From contig MU058584.1 in assembly GCA_013265495.1 (NCBI GenBank), positions 620,001 through 679,385 on the forward strand: a stretch of DNA of 59,385 nt, in the 5' to 3' direction. The position numbers and the translations under genes were made by a program. Source of the stretch: Vicugna vicugna. Taxonomy: Eukaryota. Shown in pieces: positions 12,001 through 24,000 of the stretch. The notes below the pieces were generated by a model. It saw nothing but the letters and a program-made list of their open reading frames with translations, made no database searches and was not told the DNA's origin. Position 1 is the stretch's first letter, and each line of letters opens with the position of its first letter.

Positions 12001-15000
12001 TTTCCTAAAAAGCAAGAGCATTGCATATCCACACCAAAATGAGGAAATTAATCTTGATACACTATTTACTAGTCTACAGACCTTATTCAAATTTTGTTCA
12101 TTGCCTTAATAATGTTCTTTGTAGCAAAAGAAAAAGTATATATGTATGTGTTTGGGGATCACTATATATTCTCATCTCTTTCAGGTAGCTACAAGAAACA
12201 TTAGCATATGAAGATGCTGAGAAATTTTGCAGTAAAAAAAAAAAATCTCCTTAACCTTTAATGGAAATGTTTCAGAAAGATTATTTCAGGACTCTCTGTT
12301 AGTAATTAAAGATTCTATGACATTTATTATACTCTACTTCCTGCTAGAAAAGCAGCTTCAAAAGAAAAAAGCTTTTTTGATTAACTCTAGGTAAAGCAGA
12401 AAAGTTAAAGAAATCCGCAAGCCTACCAGTTGACTGATACTTCCCCTTATATTTTTATGCGGCTGTGGAGTCCCCTTGACTTCCTCAACATTCAGACCTC
12501 TCCCCACCTCCCCTTTCCACCCATCCTGGTCCTTGTTTAGACTTCTAATTCGACATTGGTCTTATATGGAGTTCAGGTTGGTGTATGTGACCACTGGAGG
12601 AACTGTGTGCTTCTACATTGTTGAACACCAGCCTTGTTTTTTAAAAAATGGGAACCAGCTCTAGTGTGGTTCTATTTCTCTCAAAGAAAGATAAGGTTAA
12701 CTATTGGTCCGATTCTAACTCCGCACCGGGCTTCCCTGTTTAGAGTACCTCCGCCTGGCCACGTTTAGGTTCAAGAGGTGGTCTCAGGTTCTTCTCCCCC
12801 CCGGCTCTTTGTTGTTGTTGTTACAGGAGTTCTTATGTCTTCTTACCTGTATTTGGTAGTACCCGTGTTTCTCTTTGAAGATTCGGTATGTGTAGACAAC
12901 ATTTTTAAACCTGTGGAAAGATGACTCCGTGAATCATTATGTTATTCTATGCAAATTCAGGTAACATCTACCACTGTATTTTGTGTGCAATGCCTCTGTC
13001 AATCTTGGATCCCATGAAGAAAATGATCATTTTCAAGCCTTCTCATCTGTGGGAAATTTGAGAGACAGAGGTTTGGAAATGGGGGCCCTTATTCTGATGG
13101 TGAAAGTCTGCGCTGTAGCGAAGAAGTTAAGGAGAGAGAGTTTACAATTTCCGTCATCTTGTTATTTCTAGTTTTCTTCACTTAGCCCTAGGTTGATACA
13201 ACAGACAAAACGCCACTGAGCCATCCCTCTACTGCTTATTAAATGGCATGCATTGACCGCGTTAGAGATAGTGCAAGTAAAACAGAGAATGTTGTGAACT
13301 TTGTGCAAGGAAATGATGTATTGTGCTCTTGTTCCTCACTGGGACAGAAGCCATTGGCTAAATAATCTGGAATTTAGATAAAAGACCGAACCAAGCAGTT
13401 TCCAAAGCAAATAATAACAGACATCATATTCCTTCAGTTCTAAGATGTCCTCAATTAAAGGATAAAGTATCAACTTAATAATAGCTTCCAAGGTGAAAAT
13501 TGCATACATTGAGTGTCTCCATCAACTGTTAACCATGTTCTGCTACCACACAGATATTAAAATGTAAAAAATGAGGATCAAGGACATTGACAATTATCTG
13601 ATTGATCACTCCTCACCACTTCACTTGCACCCACGCCGAAGAATCAAACACTAATCTTTTGACTGAATTGGGAAGGCAGAGAGCTGCTTATAGCTTTGAG
13701 GTACAGGGGTCTTTGTTGCTGATTGTCTGGAGACCTTGACAATTGACTTCAAATCCCAGTCCTTTTGCAGGGTTTCCTGAGGCCAGAATAAGCTAGTAGG
13801 TGTCTCTAAATCAGATGGAGAGCAACAAAATTTTTTACATGAGTCCTTGTCTATATGTGGACAGATTGAAATATTTCACAGCCTGGGAAGAGATCTCAAA
13901 AAAGTCTTTTCACAGAAGTATTGTTCATCACGGGATCCAAACAAGGTCCATACATTGTATTTGGTTGATCATGTGGCTTTTCAAAACCCAGTTATCACAT
14001 AGCCTATGTTAAATTTTTAAATAAATGACTTTATTTTTAATTACATTGCTATATTACCAGCCTAAGAAAATCTTTCCTAAAGGAATTGAAAGAATAAAAC
14101 AAATGGAAGTTCTGGCTTAATTAGTCCAAAAGCCATATACTTCAAGGTATAAAGATGGACATTGCTCAAATATAGTCTTATTCTTTGCAAAGTATTTAAA
14201 TGAAATAACAAGCCACATTGCAGCAGTGCTTTATAAGAAATTGATTTATTGAGCTTGTGATACGCATGTGAATTTACTTTGAAATGTTTACCAAAAAAGA
14301 GCACTGTAAGAGACTTCAGAGCAGTGAGATTAGTGTCCACTTTATATGATGACAATATTATTGGGTAAACATAAGAGCTTAGTTTAAATGTCTCCTAGTC
14401 TAGTTATTATTTTATAGATGCCATTTATAAAGTTTTGAAAAAATACATAATTTCTCAGTGTGCATTCACACTGAAGACAGGTAAAAAGCCCGTGTTCCTC
14501 CAAGCCTTCTGCCCCATCACCAGTGGTGACGAGGGACCCCCTCTCCATCCCCCAGCACTCATGGTCTTGCCTTCACTCTCTCTGCCTGGAATCCAATGGG
14601 CTAATCTCATCATACCCTTAATCTGTCTGTGAGTCATTGCAAGAACCCCAGTCTTGTGGGTCATTTTTTCTCCTCTTTTCTAATCCCACAAAGTTCTGTA
14701 TAGCCTGTATTGGGTGCCCTTCTCCCCAGCTCCTGCAGTCCTGCCACGTAGTCTAGAGCACTCAAGGTCTGCCATCATCACAGCTCCTGTATCTTCCACC
14801 TGTTCTCTAACCTTCCTGTCACCTTCTCTAAATGAAACCTGGCTCTGCTTCCCCTGGATCCCGCTGGAAGGAGGCTGCTTTCTCCCCTAGCCCTCTCACT
14901 ACAGGCCTGGAGGGGAGGCCAGGGTTATCCTTGCTTTTGCAGCTCTTCAGCGTTATTTTCCTTCTTCCTCCCAATCCTCCACTTTGAGTTTTGTGTCATT

Positions 15001-18000
15001 AGATTACATCCCCCACTACCCAATAAAGGTGTCATTATTGATGACAGCTCCTGACCTCTGGGTCATTGCCACTCATTACTCCAGGTTTTAGCTCCTAGCG
15101 CGCTCACTGCCTTTAATACCTTTCCTGTCTAAATTGTTGGCAATTTCAATTCACATGTAGATTATCCATCAACACTCCAGTTTCTCAGTTCCTTGCACTC
15201 CTCTCCTCCGGTAATCCTGTCCTCCACCTCCATCACCCACTCAGTCCCATCTTCTTAACCAGGACTGGCTACATAATTAGTGCGGCCCAGGCGAAAATGA
15301 AAATTTTAAGACCTTGTTACAGAATTATTAGGAATTTTGAAATGGTGACAGCAGAGCGTGAAACCAAGTGCAGGGCCTTCGAAGTCTAGACCCTGTGGGA
15401 CTGCACAGGCTGCACGCCATGAAGCCAGCCCCACTCATAACTTTGACCTTGTAATTGTCAATAATGGCAACCCTCTCATAATGTGAATTTCATGCATCCC
15501 ACTCTCTTCCCCTGCTTTCCGTCTTTCCAGATCCCTTCCCCTAGTATGCTGACCCCGGCAATCCCTTCACCCCACAGACCTTCCAACTCATTGATCCTAT
15601 CACTTCCCAATGTTCTCACTCACGGGTCTTCGCTCCCTTCTCTACCCAGGTTAAACTGCTTGTCCGTCACTATAATCACTCCCTTCAACCCCATTAGCAC
15701 TTTCACTTTATTTCCTTGACTAGCAAAACCAGAATCCTGATTATGCCCAGCTCTCTGCAGCTGCATGTGGCCATGTTCACTGTTCTCACTTTAAATTCGT
15801 GACCACAAACCTCCAGTGGGCTCTTAATGCCTCCAGGCAATCATTTATCTTCCTATTCTCCTCAACAGTGATTCTGCACCATCTCCTTTCTTCTTAAACG
15901 TTCAACATTTCACTCTTAACTGATACCTTCACCAAAAGGATTAAAGCCATCAGAAGAGCATTTCCAGACTCCCATCACCACACATAGTTGCATCTGCACT
16001 CACAGACCCTGCCTTTGTTACTGCAGGTGAACTTTGCATGCTGCTCTGCAAAGCTAATCCCTCCTATTTCCACTGGGTGCCATCGGCTTTTCTCTAGTCA
16101 AGGACATAATTCTAGCGATTGTTTCCTCTCTCTCTCTGATGTCATTAATTATTACTCTGTACACAACAGCCAGGGTGGTCCTTTTAGCAAAATGTGAGTC
16201 AGATCATGTCCCTCCTCTGCATAGCAATCTGGTCATCAGTTTTGAAAAAGGAAAATAATTGCTGTGTGTGTGTCTGTGTCGGGGCTTCTATCTTAACTTG
16301 TCTTAAGTCTTCCTATAGAGCTATAATTAAGATAGTGAGGAATTGGCTCTAGAGTAGAAAAGATATTAATGGAATAAAATAGAGAGTCCAGAAACAGACC
16401 CACATTTGTATAAAAACTTCATGTATGACAGAGCTGGCATAGCAGATCTGTGGGAAGGGGATGGACCATTTGTTAGATGGTAATGGTAAAGTTTTCATAA
16501 TCTAACATAAGACCCAACTGTGAAAAAAACAAAACATTGAGCTTAAGAGAAATAAATGTAAGCCACCAACTTAATGACCTTGAATTAAGGAAAGAGTTCT
16601 TAAATCACAGAAACTAAAAGCCATAAATAAGATTAATGAACTCATTATATTAACATTAAAACTTCTATTTATCGTAACATTAGCAAAGTGAAAAAGTCTG
16701 TAGATTGGGAGAAGATAATTACAACACTGTTTATAATAAGAGTACTGAGGTACGATAAGAAAAAGACAAATAAATGGCCAATAAACATGAAAAGATGCTT
16801 CACTTCACTGTCAATCAGGGAAATGGAAATTAAGCCACACTAGATATCAGTTCATACCAGACTGGCAAAGATGTAAGAGTTTACTAATCAAAATATTGGC
16901 TGTGATATGGAGCTACACAAAGTTTTATATGATATTAATGGGAGTGTAATTCAATACTAATGTCTTGGAGAACAATTTGGCAAAATTTAGTGAAGTTGAA
17001 AATTATGTATAATCTACGAGCCTGAATGTCTACTGTTTCAGGTTGGCAATATTGAAACCAAACTGACAATGCCAACATTTTATTATTTATTACAAAGCAA
17101 AGATCAGTGAAACCATATATTTATTACATTTAAATCTACTTTAAAAATCATAAATATATTGTAAAGTATCAAAAGTGTAAATTATCAAAAATACATATGA
17201 ATACGTATTTTCTAATATGAACTATTTTAGATTACATTAATTAAAATACAGCATTCAAAAAATAGCAAACACTCCATAAAACATTGTAAATTAAAATTAG
17301 TAGTGAAAGTTTAAAGGAAAATAGCTTTTTCAGGGCAATTTTGAGATTAAAGAAAGAAGAAAGAGGGGATAAGGGAGGCAGGAGGGAGGGTGTGCCAGTG
17401 ATGCCATCACTAGGTCCTGAGGGCTTTTTAGTGCAGACTTTTCCATATGTTGGAAAAGCTCTGTTGACGTTAGCTGGGGAAGGCTAAAGACAGAAGTATA
17501 AGCTTACTAAATCTTTTCCTGTGATTTGCTTATCTTCACACAATTCCATCTCTGGTTCTGCAACTTTGAAAAAAAATCTACTTTGAACATTGTGGATCTT
17601 TATAGGCGCTGATATCTTTTTATTGAAAGCAAGATACAGAGTTTGTTATTCAAGTCTTTAGGAATCTCAATGATTGACTAGGATTGCAGATGCTTACCGA
17701 TGTCTCTGAAACAGCCTCTATCCAAACACAGAAACAAAACAAACAGATAGAAGGGGCCCACCAAGAAGTGTTTATTATTTTTGCCAGCAACCTCACCCCT
17801 TTTGAAGTATACTATTTTGTGGTAAAGGCTATGTTTTAATTCTCTAGTAGTTCTCTTTTAGTAAGATTTTACTTTCTCACTATTAAGAAATATGTTTTCG
17901 ATTCTTCAAAAAAATAGACCTAAAATGAATGTAGTGTAAAAATTTGTATCTCTGATTTTCCCCCCGTGCCTTTAGGAAGATGGAATGGGGGACAGGGTGA

Positions 18001-21000
18001 CCTCAGGCTGATTCTCATGGGAGAAGAAGAGGAGTGATGGGTATTCAGGGCTTGCTTGGTGTACATATTCCTGTCTTAACAGGTCTCAAGTCTTATAAAG
18101 CTATGATAATCAGTATCACAGTCTCCTCACTGTCTACATACCACAACCACCAGCCATAGGCTGTCTCTGCCACCCGGACTTTGCCTAAAAACCTGGTCAA
18201 GCAGGGCACTGAGTTGATTCAGGGCATCTAGTGCTTTAGGTGAGCCACCCTGGGGTGGGGTACTCCATCGGGGGAAAAGGAAGGGAACCTTTGAAGAAAG
18301 TCACCCATTACTATGGAGGCATAACACTTACCAGACTGAATTTTAATTATCCATTTACACATCTACAATTCACACGCAGGCCAGGATCGTGTTTGCTTTG
18401 TTTACTCCAGCACATTGCCCGTCTCAGTACATTCTCAATAACAGTTTGCTGAGTTGCGTTCAACTATCTCTTTTAAATTTCTTTTGTTAATATAGAGAAA
18501 ATCACATCATATATATATCTTTCTTTTTAATTGAAGTACAGTCTGTTACATGCATTGAATTATCTTAACAAGAAACGTGCCAAGCCTGTATGAAGAAGTC
18601 TTACCAAGAGACCTAATCAAACTCCTCATGGAATAAAAGGAGATGGAAGAAATGTCTATGTGAACCATCAAAATAATGAAATACAACGTGCATTGATTCA
18701 TACCACGTTCTTATTTAACTAACCTGTTTGGCCAGGACAAGCAGTGGACATACCGTGGAGAATGTGAATTATTACAACCTCAATCAAAGGTTAGCATATT
18801 TACAGCTGCACTTCTAGATGTGCATGTTTTCGTGGATAAAATAATCAAAGATCTGGCACCTACATTTAGGGAAAGATTTCCTGTAAATCAAACAGAAGCA
18901 AGCAAGCTAGCTAGCTAGCTGTCCAAAATTCCTAACAGCAAGGTAGTTAGAACAAGTTTGCCTTCATCTGATAACAGTAGCCTTTTACAATCATGGCCTT
19001 GTCTCAGATATGTGTCAGTTCTCTTTCTCTGGCATAAGATAGCCCAGAAGGACATTGATTATCTTATCCTGTAAAATATGACGTTGGTTCATTTCTGGGT
19101 CTGTTTATACTAATTAACATTTCTCCTCATTATGGATTGTGTTTATACCTGGTAAATTTTGATTGGATGGCAGACATAGCAAATTTTACTTTATTTGGTG
19201 CTGGGTATTTTTGTGCTCCTATAAATAGTCTTGAACTTTGTTCCAGGGTGCAGTTAAGCTACTTGGAAATAGTTCAATCTTCTGGAGGCTTGTTTTAAAT
19301 CTTTTTTAGGTGGCACAAGAGCAGCCTTGAATCTAGAACTAATTCTGTTCCACTACTGAGTCAATATGCTTCTGATTACTCTAACTGATGTCCAAGAATT
19401 ATAAAATTTTCTACTCTGGTGAGAACACAAACTTTATTTTCAGACCAGTGTGAGCTCCAGAGATTGTTCCCTTGGCTTCTTTTGGGTCATTTTTTTTTTA
19501 TTCCGCCTTGGGTATTTTCCTAATGCACATGAGCTATTTAACACTAAGCTGATGATTCAAGAAACCCATCTATAGATCCCAGGAGCTCATTCAAAGAGTA
19601 TCTTTCCTTCTGTGTTCTGCCTTCCTGCTCCCTGCCCACAAACTCTAGGCACCTTGGCATTTATGGACTCTAAGCTCTATCTCGTCAACTTAGGGAGACC
19701 ATCAGGTTCCACCTTGGTAGACAAGGACAATAAGACAGTTATTGAAATTCTCTCAGATGTTCAAGAATCTAGAGGAAAAAGCTTGTTAAGTAGAAACATG
19801 GATGATATTAAAGAAACATCTAAATGTATGATTATATATAAATTATGATAGATGCAGTCAACAAAATAGGAAGGAATCATGAAAAGATGAGATATATTGG
19901 CTTTCTTTGATGTGGAAAGATACATATTATATATTAAAAAAACAGATTCTCAATCAGCTTTTATATAATGAACCATTTATGTACATATATACAACATTTG
20001 CTTATATATGCGTACACATAGAGACATACATCTCTGGAGAGACATGGACTGAAATATCAAAAATGGTGATTTCTGAGTGTGACTGAGATCATTTCTGTTC
20101 TCTTTTTTATACCTTTCTCTATGCTTGATTTTTCTAAAACAACAAGAAAGGATCTGAACTGATTTTTTTCTTTCTGAATTCTAAAAGTCTTTCCAAATAT
20201 CTCAGAGTCTGAGAGCAGGAAATGTCTCTCGAGATCTCTCTCCCTCCTTTGTGTTGTTCCCTCCGCAGTGAGGACACACCCCAAGTCAGGGCTCAGGTTC
20301 TCCTCTCCTGCAGCCTTCCTACGACTGCAGGAAGTCCCTCCTCACCCGAAGCGGTGAAGCCCATGCATCTCCTAATATCCACTCCATTTGACCCTGCTGA
20401 CTGTAAAGGCAGACCCGCTTCCAACTTCCTACACTCACAAAGTCACCTACATAGTGTTTTGCACGTTGGTGTTCTCTGCACGCTCTATCAGGCTGTGAGA
20501 TCAGGTAACATTTCCTGTCCATGGCTACCACATAGCTTTCTGGTCGGTGCTATTTGCTGTTAGGTCAACTCTCCCTGCGACTTCCTTCCTTTATTTCTAA
20601 CCTTCTCCCATAGTATCATAGTAAACGAAAATAGTTGATTGGGGGAGCCACGGAAAGGGAAAGGGGTCAGGTGGGAAAGGGCTGGAATGTAGCCGCTCAG
20701 CCCTGGTCCTTTCAGGGACTGGAGCAAACGGGGCGCTGTCGGACAGTGCCTGCAGAGGGTTCAGAGCTGCCCGTGGTCTCTGGGGCAAGGGCAGGGGCAG
20801 AAGCAGGCAGGTTGGCCTCTGTCAGCAGAATATAAATTGCTTAGATCTGTGAAAGCATGGAATTTGGCATATTGGCATTCTAACCCAACAAAGAGGAAAG
20901 GGTAGCTCCTCTCTGGGGAGCAAAATGACAAGATTTCACATGTCAGGATTTTCTACTGCCAAGCCCTCAAGTACCTGCCTTGGACACTTTACAACACAGG

Positions 21001-24000
21001 TCCAAGGCGACCACCTTGAACATATTGCAGTGGAACTGGAGACATTGGTAAGAGAGGGAACATGACAACATATTAACAGTTCGATCTTGGACAAGTTATT
21101 TAATAAGAAGCCCCAGTTTCTTTCCCCACAAGGTAGGGATATGTCACCTACTGAAGATGGTTTTGCGAGAATAAATGAGATAATTGATGTAACAAGCTCA
21201 ACATGGTTTTTGGCTCATAGAAAACTCCTTCAGGGTGGCTCTTGCTGCAAAGATGTAGAAAACAAGGCTAACACTTGTGTTGTAGACACCTTAGCTTTGC
21301 TCACATGGGGTTATATACTGGAATATAAGTTGCTTTATGTGACCTTTTTAGAGGAACCTTTCCTGTACCCAACCTAAAGCAGACTCTGTCTCACTCTGTA
21401 AAATGCCTGTTTCTTTTCAGCACATTCTCTCCTCTCACTGGAATATAGTTTCACGAGGGCAGGACCAATGTCAAATACTATTTATCACTATTTCACTAAT
21501 GCCTAGGACCATGCCTGACATAACAGGCGCTCAGTATATGCTTGTTGAATGAAAAAATAAAGGTTCTATTCATTCTCCAGCTCCCAGATCTTATGTAGGC
21601 TTTCCACTCCCTGATAAATGATTCACTCCTTCCTCTCAAGTTCCCATCATCCCCTGTTGTAAATCATCAGTTACCACACATGTCACAGTGTCCATTTACT
21701 TCTTTAATTTCCTCACTAGACTCTGCCTTATCAACAAAGTATCTAACACAGTGCTGGCATATAGGAGACTTTAAACAATTGCTGAACAACTAGAATTGAA
21801 TGGTCTGTACCGATCTGTGTGATGACAAAATTTCACAAGAGCTGTGAAGCAGGCCATTTGATCTGAGCCTTGAGCCTCAGGGTGCCTAATATTTCACATG
21901 TGTTTTAATGACATGGGTAGGGAAGAGGGTGAGACTTGATCAGGGGCAGGTGTCTAACAAATATTTCTTATCTCTCCAGTTGATTTGTTGTTATTTTTAT
22001 TAAATTTCTCAGTGACTTTTGCATTAGATGAATGTATAAACTAGGAAGATGTATCACAGAACAGTTGAGAATAAATGTCATTTTTTAAAGAGAATCCAGG
22101 TATCAACTAGTTCACAATTTTCCAGGTATCAATAGTTCACATTTTCTGTCACAGCCCGTGCACCTTCTTCTAGTCTCCATTCCCACTGCTGGCCCCGCCA
22201 CAGCCAGTTCCTCCCCATCTCCTATCTGGAGACATAACAGTCTCATTGCTATCATCACCTGCCAGCTTCAGTTCATTCTACAAGATTGGGGTTCTTAAAA
22301 CTCAGCACCAGTCTTGTCATTTCCATGCTCAGAAATAATCCATGTTTCCTCATTATCTATAGAATCATTTTTAAGACCCTATAATATTATCCCAAACTGA
22401 CTCTTTCAAAAGTTGGCTTCCAAGTTACCTTTCCAGAGCCCTTTATGATTCGTATGTGCTTTAAAATATCCCACGTCTAGACCTATGTTCTTGCCTTCTC
22501 CCCTCCCTACAGTGCCTTCCATCCCATTTCTGTGTAACCAAATCTTATCCACTCTTTTAAGTCCCAGCTCAGATACCACCTCCTCTAAGAAGACTTTCCT
22601 GCTTATCTCTTCTGCCCTTGAATTTGTATAAAACTCTATGATTTTATACTTTACCCTTGTTGTATTTATTCCTTATTTATTATGTTGAAAAAAATTGCAA
22701 GATCCCTATTGGAATCTCCCCAGGCCTTAGCACAGTGTTTGAATAGATAATGGGGATTCAGTACATTTTGGTAAACATTTTTAAAATTATCAAAGTAATA
22801 CATGCACATACAAAGCATTTAAACAGTGCAAAAAAGTTATCAAATGAAAAGAATGAATCCGACACCTTTTTCCTGCTCACACCTCCTAAGTTTCCCAGCT
22901 GTAACCACTATTATAAGTCTCTTATATACCTTCCAAAAATTGTTTATGAATGTACAAGGATATACACATACTTTTTTTTACACACATGGGATCGTACTTT
23001 GCATCTTGCCTTTTTCATACAGCAATAAATCGTGGAGGCTTTTTCATACCGTATTTCAATCTTGTTAATGCCAATTTGCACATACTTGTGCAGTCATAAC
23101 TACATGATAGGTTTTTATTAGTGAAAATTTGTGTTACATGTTATATCCATGCAGTTTATGATTTGACCACATTCCCATCCAGAGAAGCTGCATTTATCTA
23201 GCATGTGCAAGCCTGTCTGCTCCTCAGCACTTGAATTTCCTCTGGGTATTTTCATAGTTTTGATTCTAGCCCCTTGAATAGGTAAAAATGCTATCTCATT
23301 ATTCTTTTAATTTGTATTTTTTTTAGTTTTGAGTGAGAACTAGCATTTTTTTTTCCCATAGCATTCTTTCTCACATTCCATTTCAGAGAATCTCCTCTTG
23401 CACTTTACCTAGTTTTCCATTGATTTTTAAAAGCTCTTATATGTTAATGAAATTTTGGGTTTTTTTCTGTTGGTTTGTCAATATGTTGTTTTCTTTTTTT
23501 TTTTACATTTTTTATTGAGTAATAGTTATTTTACAATGTTGTGTCAAATTCTAGTGTAGAGCACAATTTTTCAGTCATACATGAACATGTTTATATTCAT
23601 TGTCACATTTTTTTTTTCGCTATGAGCTACCACAAGATCTTGAATAAGTTGTTTTCAACAACAGTTTTTTTTTTTTTTGAATAATGGTCAGATTTATCGA
23701 TCTTTCCTTTTTGCTTTCTGGGTTTTATACCTTGTTACAGAGGCCTTCTCAATTCCAGGATATTTTTGAATTGTTTACATTTTCTTCTAAAATGCATAGT
23801 TTCATTAAAAAAATTACGTATTAGAACCACTTTGAATTAATTTTACTTCAAGAAGTAAGAAAGGGATTCAGGTTTTTTTTTTCCAGATGACTAGCCAAGT
23901 GTCCCAACATCACTAATTATTACTCATCTTTTCCTCATTGATCTGAAATGCTCTTTTAATTGTATGCTAAATTCCATATATTTTTGGCTTTATTTCTACC

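Noticed and set aside
17035..18010. Possible hAT transposon or transposase relic
   Set aside because: Too degenerate to assign a family or boundaries without a search
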